Source: an uncultured Gammaproteobacteria bacterium (GTDB lineage: Bacteria > Pseudomonadota > Gammaproteobacteria > CAWCPV01). Taken from it: 64,000 nt of DNA. Location: contig CAWCPV010000009.1 of NCBI GenBank assembly GCA_963797555.1, forward strand, positions 224,001 to 288,000, written 5' to 3'. The position numbers were made by a program, and so were the translations under genes. Position 1 is the first letter of the stretch; every line of letters begins with the position of its first letter. Positions 62,747 through 64,000 of this stretch are shown here, piece by piece. A model generated the notes under the pieces. It saw only the letters and a program-made list of their open reading frames with translations. It was not told the origin of the DNA and searched no databases.

Positions 62747-64000
62747 ATGAGCAGGTCAGCCAGGGGCGTCTTTGTTCTGTTTCTCTTGGGGTTGCTGTCC
62801 GCCTGCGGCGGAGGCGGTGGTGGGAGCGGGCCGAGCGGGGGTGGTGGGTTCACGGGTCCGCTGCCCATTAAGGTCAGCATCACTGTCGACCGGGCGAGCC
62901 TGCCCGCGAACTTGGCAAATCTGCTCCCCGGATTGAGCTCTCCCTTCACCACGGAAGTGACCGTTGCCGTGCAGAACGCGGACGGCAGTGCCATCGCTAA
63001 CGGTACGCCCGTTCAGCTCACGGTTCAGGACCCGAGTGTTGGCGGGCTTACCCAGCTCGACGACCCCACAACGACCAATTTGAACGAGTTCACGGGTTGC
63101 CAAGTCAACGGTACCACCGTGGGTCCGTGCTCGCTGTTTGGAACGCTGAGCGTGAACACCGCCAGCGGGCAGGCCCAGTTCTTCTTCACCACGGCCTCCC
63201 ATCCAGGCAGCACCGAGTTGATCGCGACGGTGACGGATCCCAACAGCAACAGGCAAGTTACCGCGACGATAAACCTCACCGTTGTCTCCGGCGCCGGTAC
63301 CGGCATCCCCGGGACTATCTCTATCCTTCAGCCGACCTCTCCTCTCTACATCAAGGGTCTGAATGCGCCGGATACGGTCACGCTGGAGTTTATCGTGACG
63401 GATGCCTCCGGGCTCGCCGTGGCCGACCCACCTGAGGGAGTAAACAACGTGCGGGTTTCGTTCGTGAGCAGGCCCAACGGCGCGCTCTTGGAGGGGACCA
63501 ACGCGGCCGGCCAGTCGGTCCAGACGGGGGAGGTGGGGCCCGACCTGGGCATCAACGTGCCAACGCTTGCCGGCATTGCGTCCGTCAGCTTGCTGAGTGG
63601 CACCGAGCAGGGGATCGCCACGGTCCGGGTGACCGCGGACCGCTCAGACAACAACGTGGACAACGGCATTGCCTCGCCGGTCTCCGAGGATGTGCAGATC
63701 GCGATCTCGGACGGTCAGTTGTTCTCGCTGGAGTTTGCCCCGGCCGATGTGATCGTCGCGAATGCCGTGATCGTCGAGGGTGGGGTCGTTGTCTGCGCAA
63801 GCGGCAACTGCGCTGCGCCGCCCACCACTAATGGACAGGTCGGCGTAAGTAACGGGTCCTACTCTCAGGTCATTAGCGTCATCGCCACGGACCGTTTCGG
63901 GAACCCCGTGGTCCCCGGAACTCCCATTTCGTTCGGTCTCATCGACGGTCCCCTGGCGCCTGCCGATGTGACCGCCCAGAACTGCAGCGGTGCGGACTTC
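62747..64000 (+). CDS. Large surface lipoprotein with Ig-like/invasin-type beta domains (runs off the window)
   Basis: RBS AGGAGG, MSRSARGVFVLFLLGLLSAC lipobox, Gly linker, T/V/G-rich sequence. Absent from the ORF track, consistent with no stop inside the window. Confidence 0.7.
   Translation, partial: MSRSARGVFVLFLLGLLSACGGGGGGSGPSGGGGFTGPLPIKVSITVDRASLPANLANLLPGLSSPFTTEVTVAVQNADGSAIANGTPVQLTVQDPSVGGLTQLDDPTTTNLNEFTGCQVNGTTVGPCSLFGTLSVNTASGQAQFFFTTASHPGSTELIATVTDPNSNRQVTATINLTVVSGAGTGIPGTISILQPTSPLYIKGLNAPDTVTLEFIVTDASGLAVADPPEGVNNVRVSFVSRPNGALLEGTNAAGQSVQTGEVGPDLGINVPTLAGIASVSLLSGTEQGIATVRVTADRSDNNVDNGIASPVSEDVQIAISDGQLFSLEFAPADVIVANAVIVEGGVVVCASGNCAAPPTTNGQVGVSNGSYSQVISVIATDRFGNPVVPGTPISFGLIDGPLAPADVTAQNCSGADF

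Overview
GC-rich bacterial window, probably gammaproteobacterial judging by the core genes (nagZ, yggX-mutY-asmA, yihA-cytochrome c4-dsbA). It has two accessory zones. (1) 1-9.8 kb is a decaying defence-type island: a truncated Dsr1-like gene, an IS4/IS50-group element, a TIGR04255-like gene, a BrnT/BrnA-like toxin-antitoxin pair between 104-bp direct repeats, and a SNF2+SWIM pair. (2) 17.2-51.5 kb lies between nagZ and tRNA-Phe: a REP and RAYT stub abut a complete type I-E CRISPR-Cas locus (55 repeats, 54 spacers), followed by a ~22-kb P4/PICI-like island (integrase, structured RNA-like motif, AlpA, primase-helicase, TerS) carrying c-di-GMP genes, IS3 and IS66. The most striking observation is that two unrelated insertion sequences (IS4/IS50 group and IS66), each delimited by clear terminal inverted repeats and target-site duplications, both carry a DUF4338 (DruA-like) passenger gene inside the element. 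Its motifs resemble the Mom-type GNAT DNA-modifying enzymes. Many genes, including housekeeping ones, contain frameshifts, so some pseudogene calls may be sequencing or assembly errors. All family calls come from motif recognition by eye; no database search was run.
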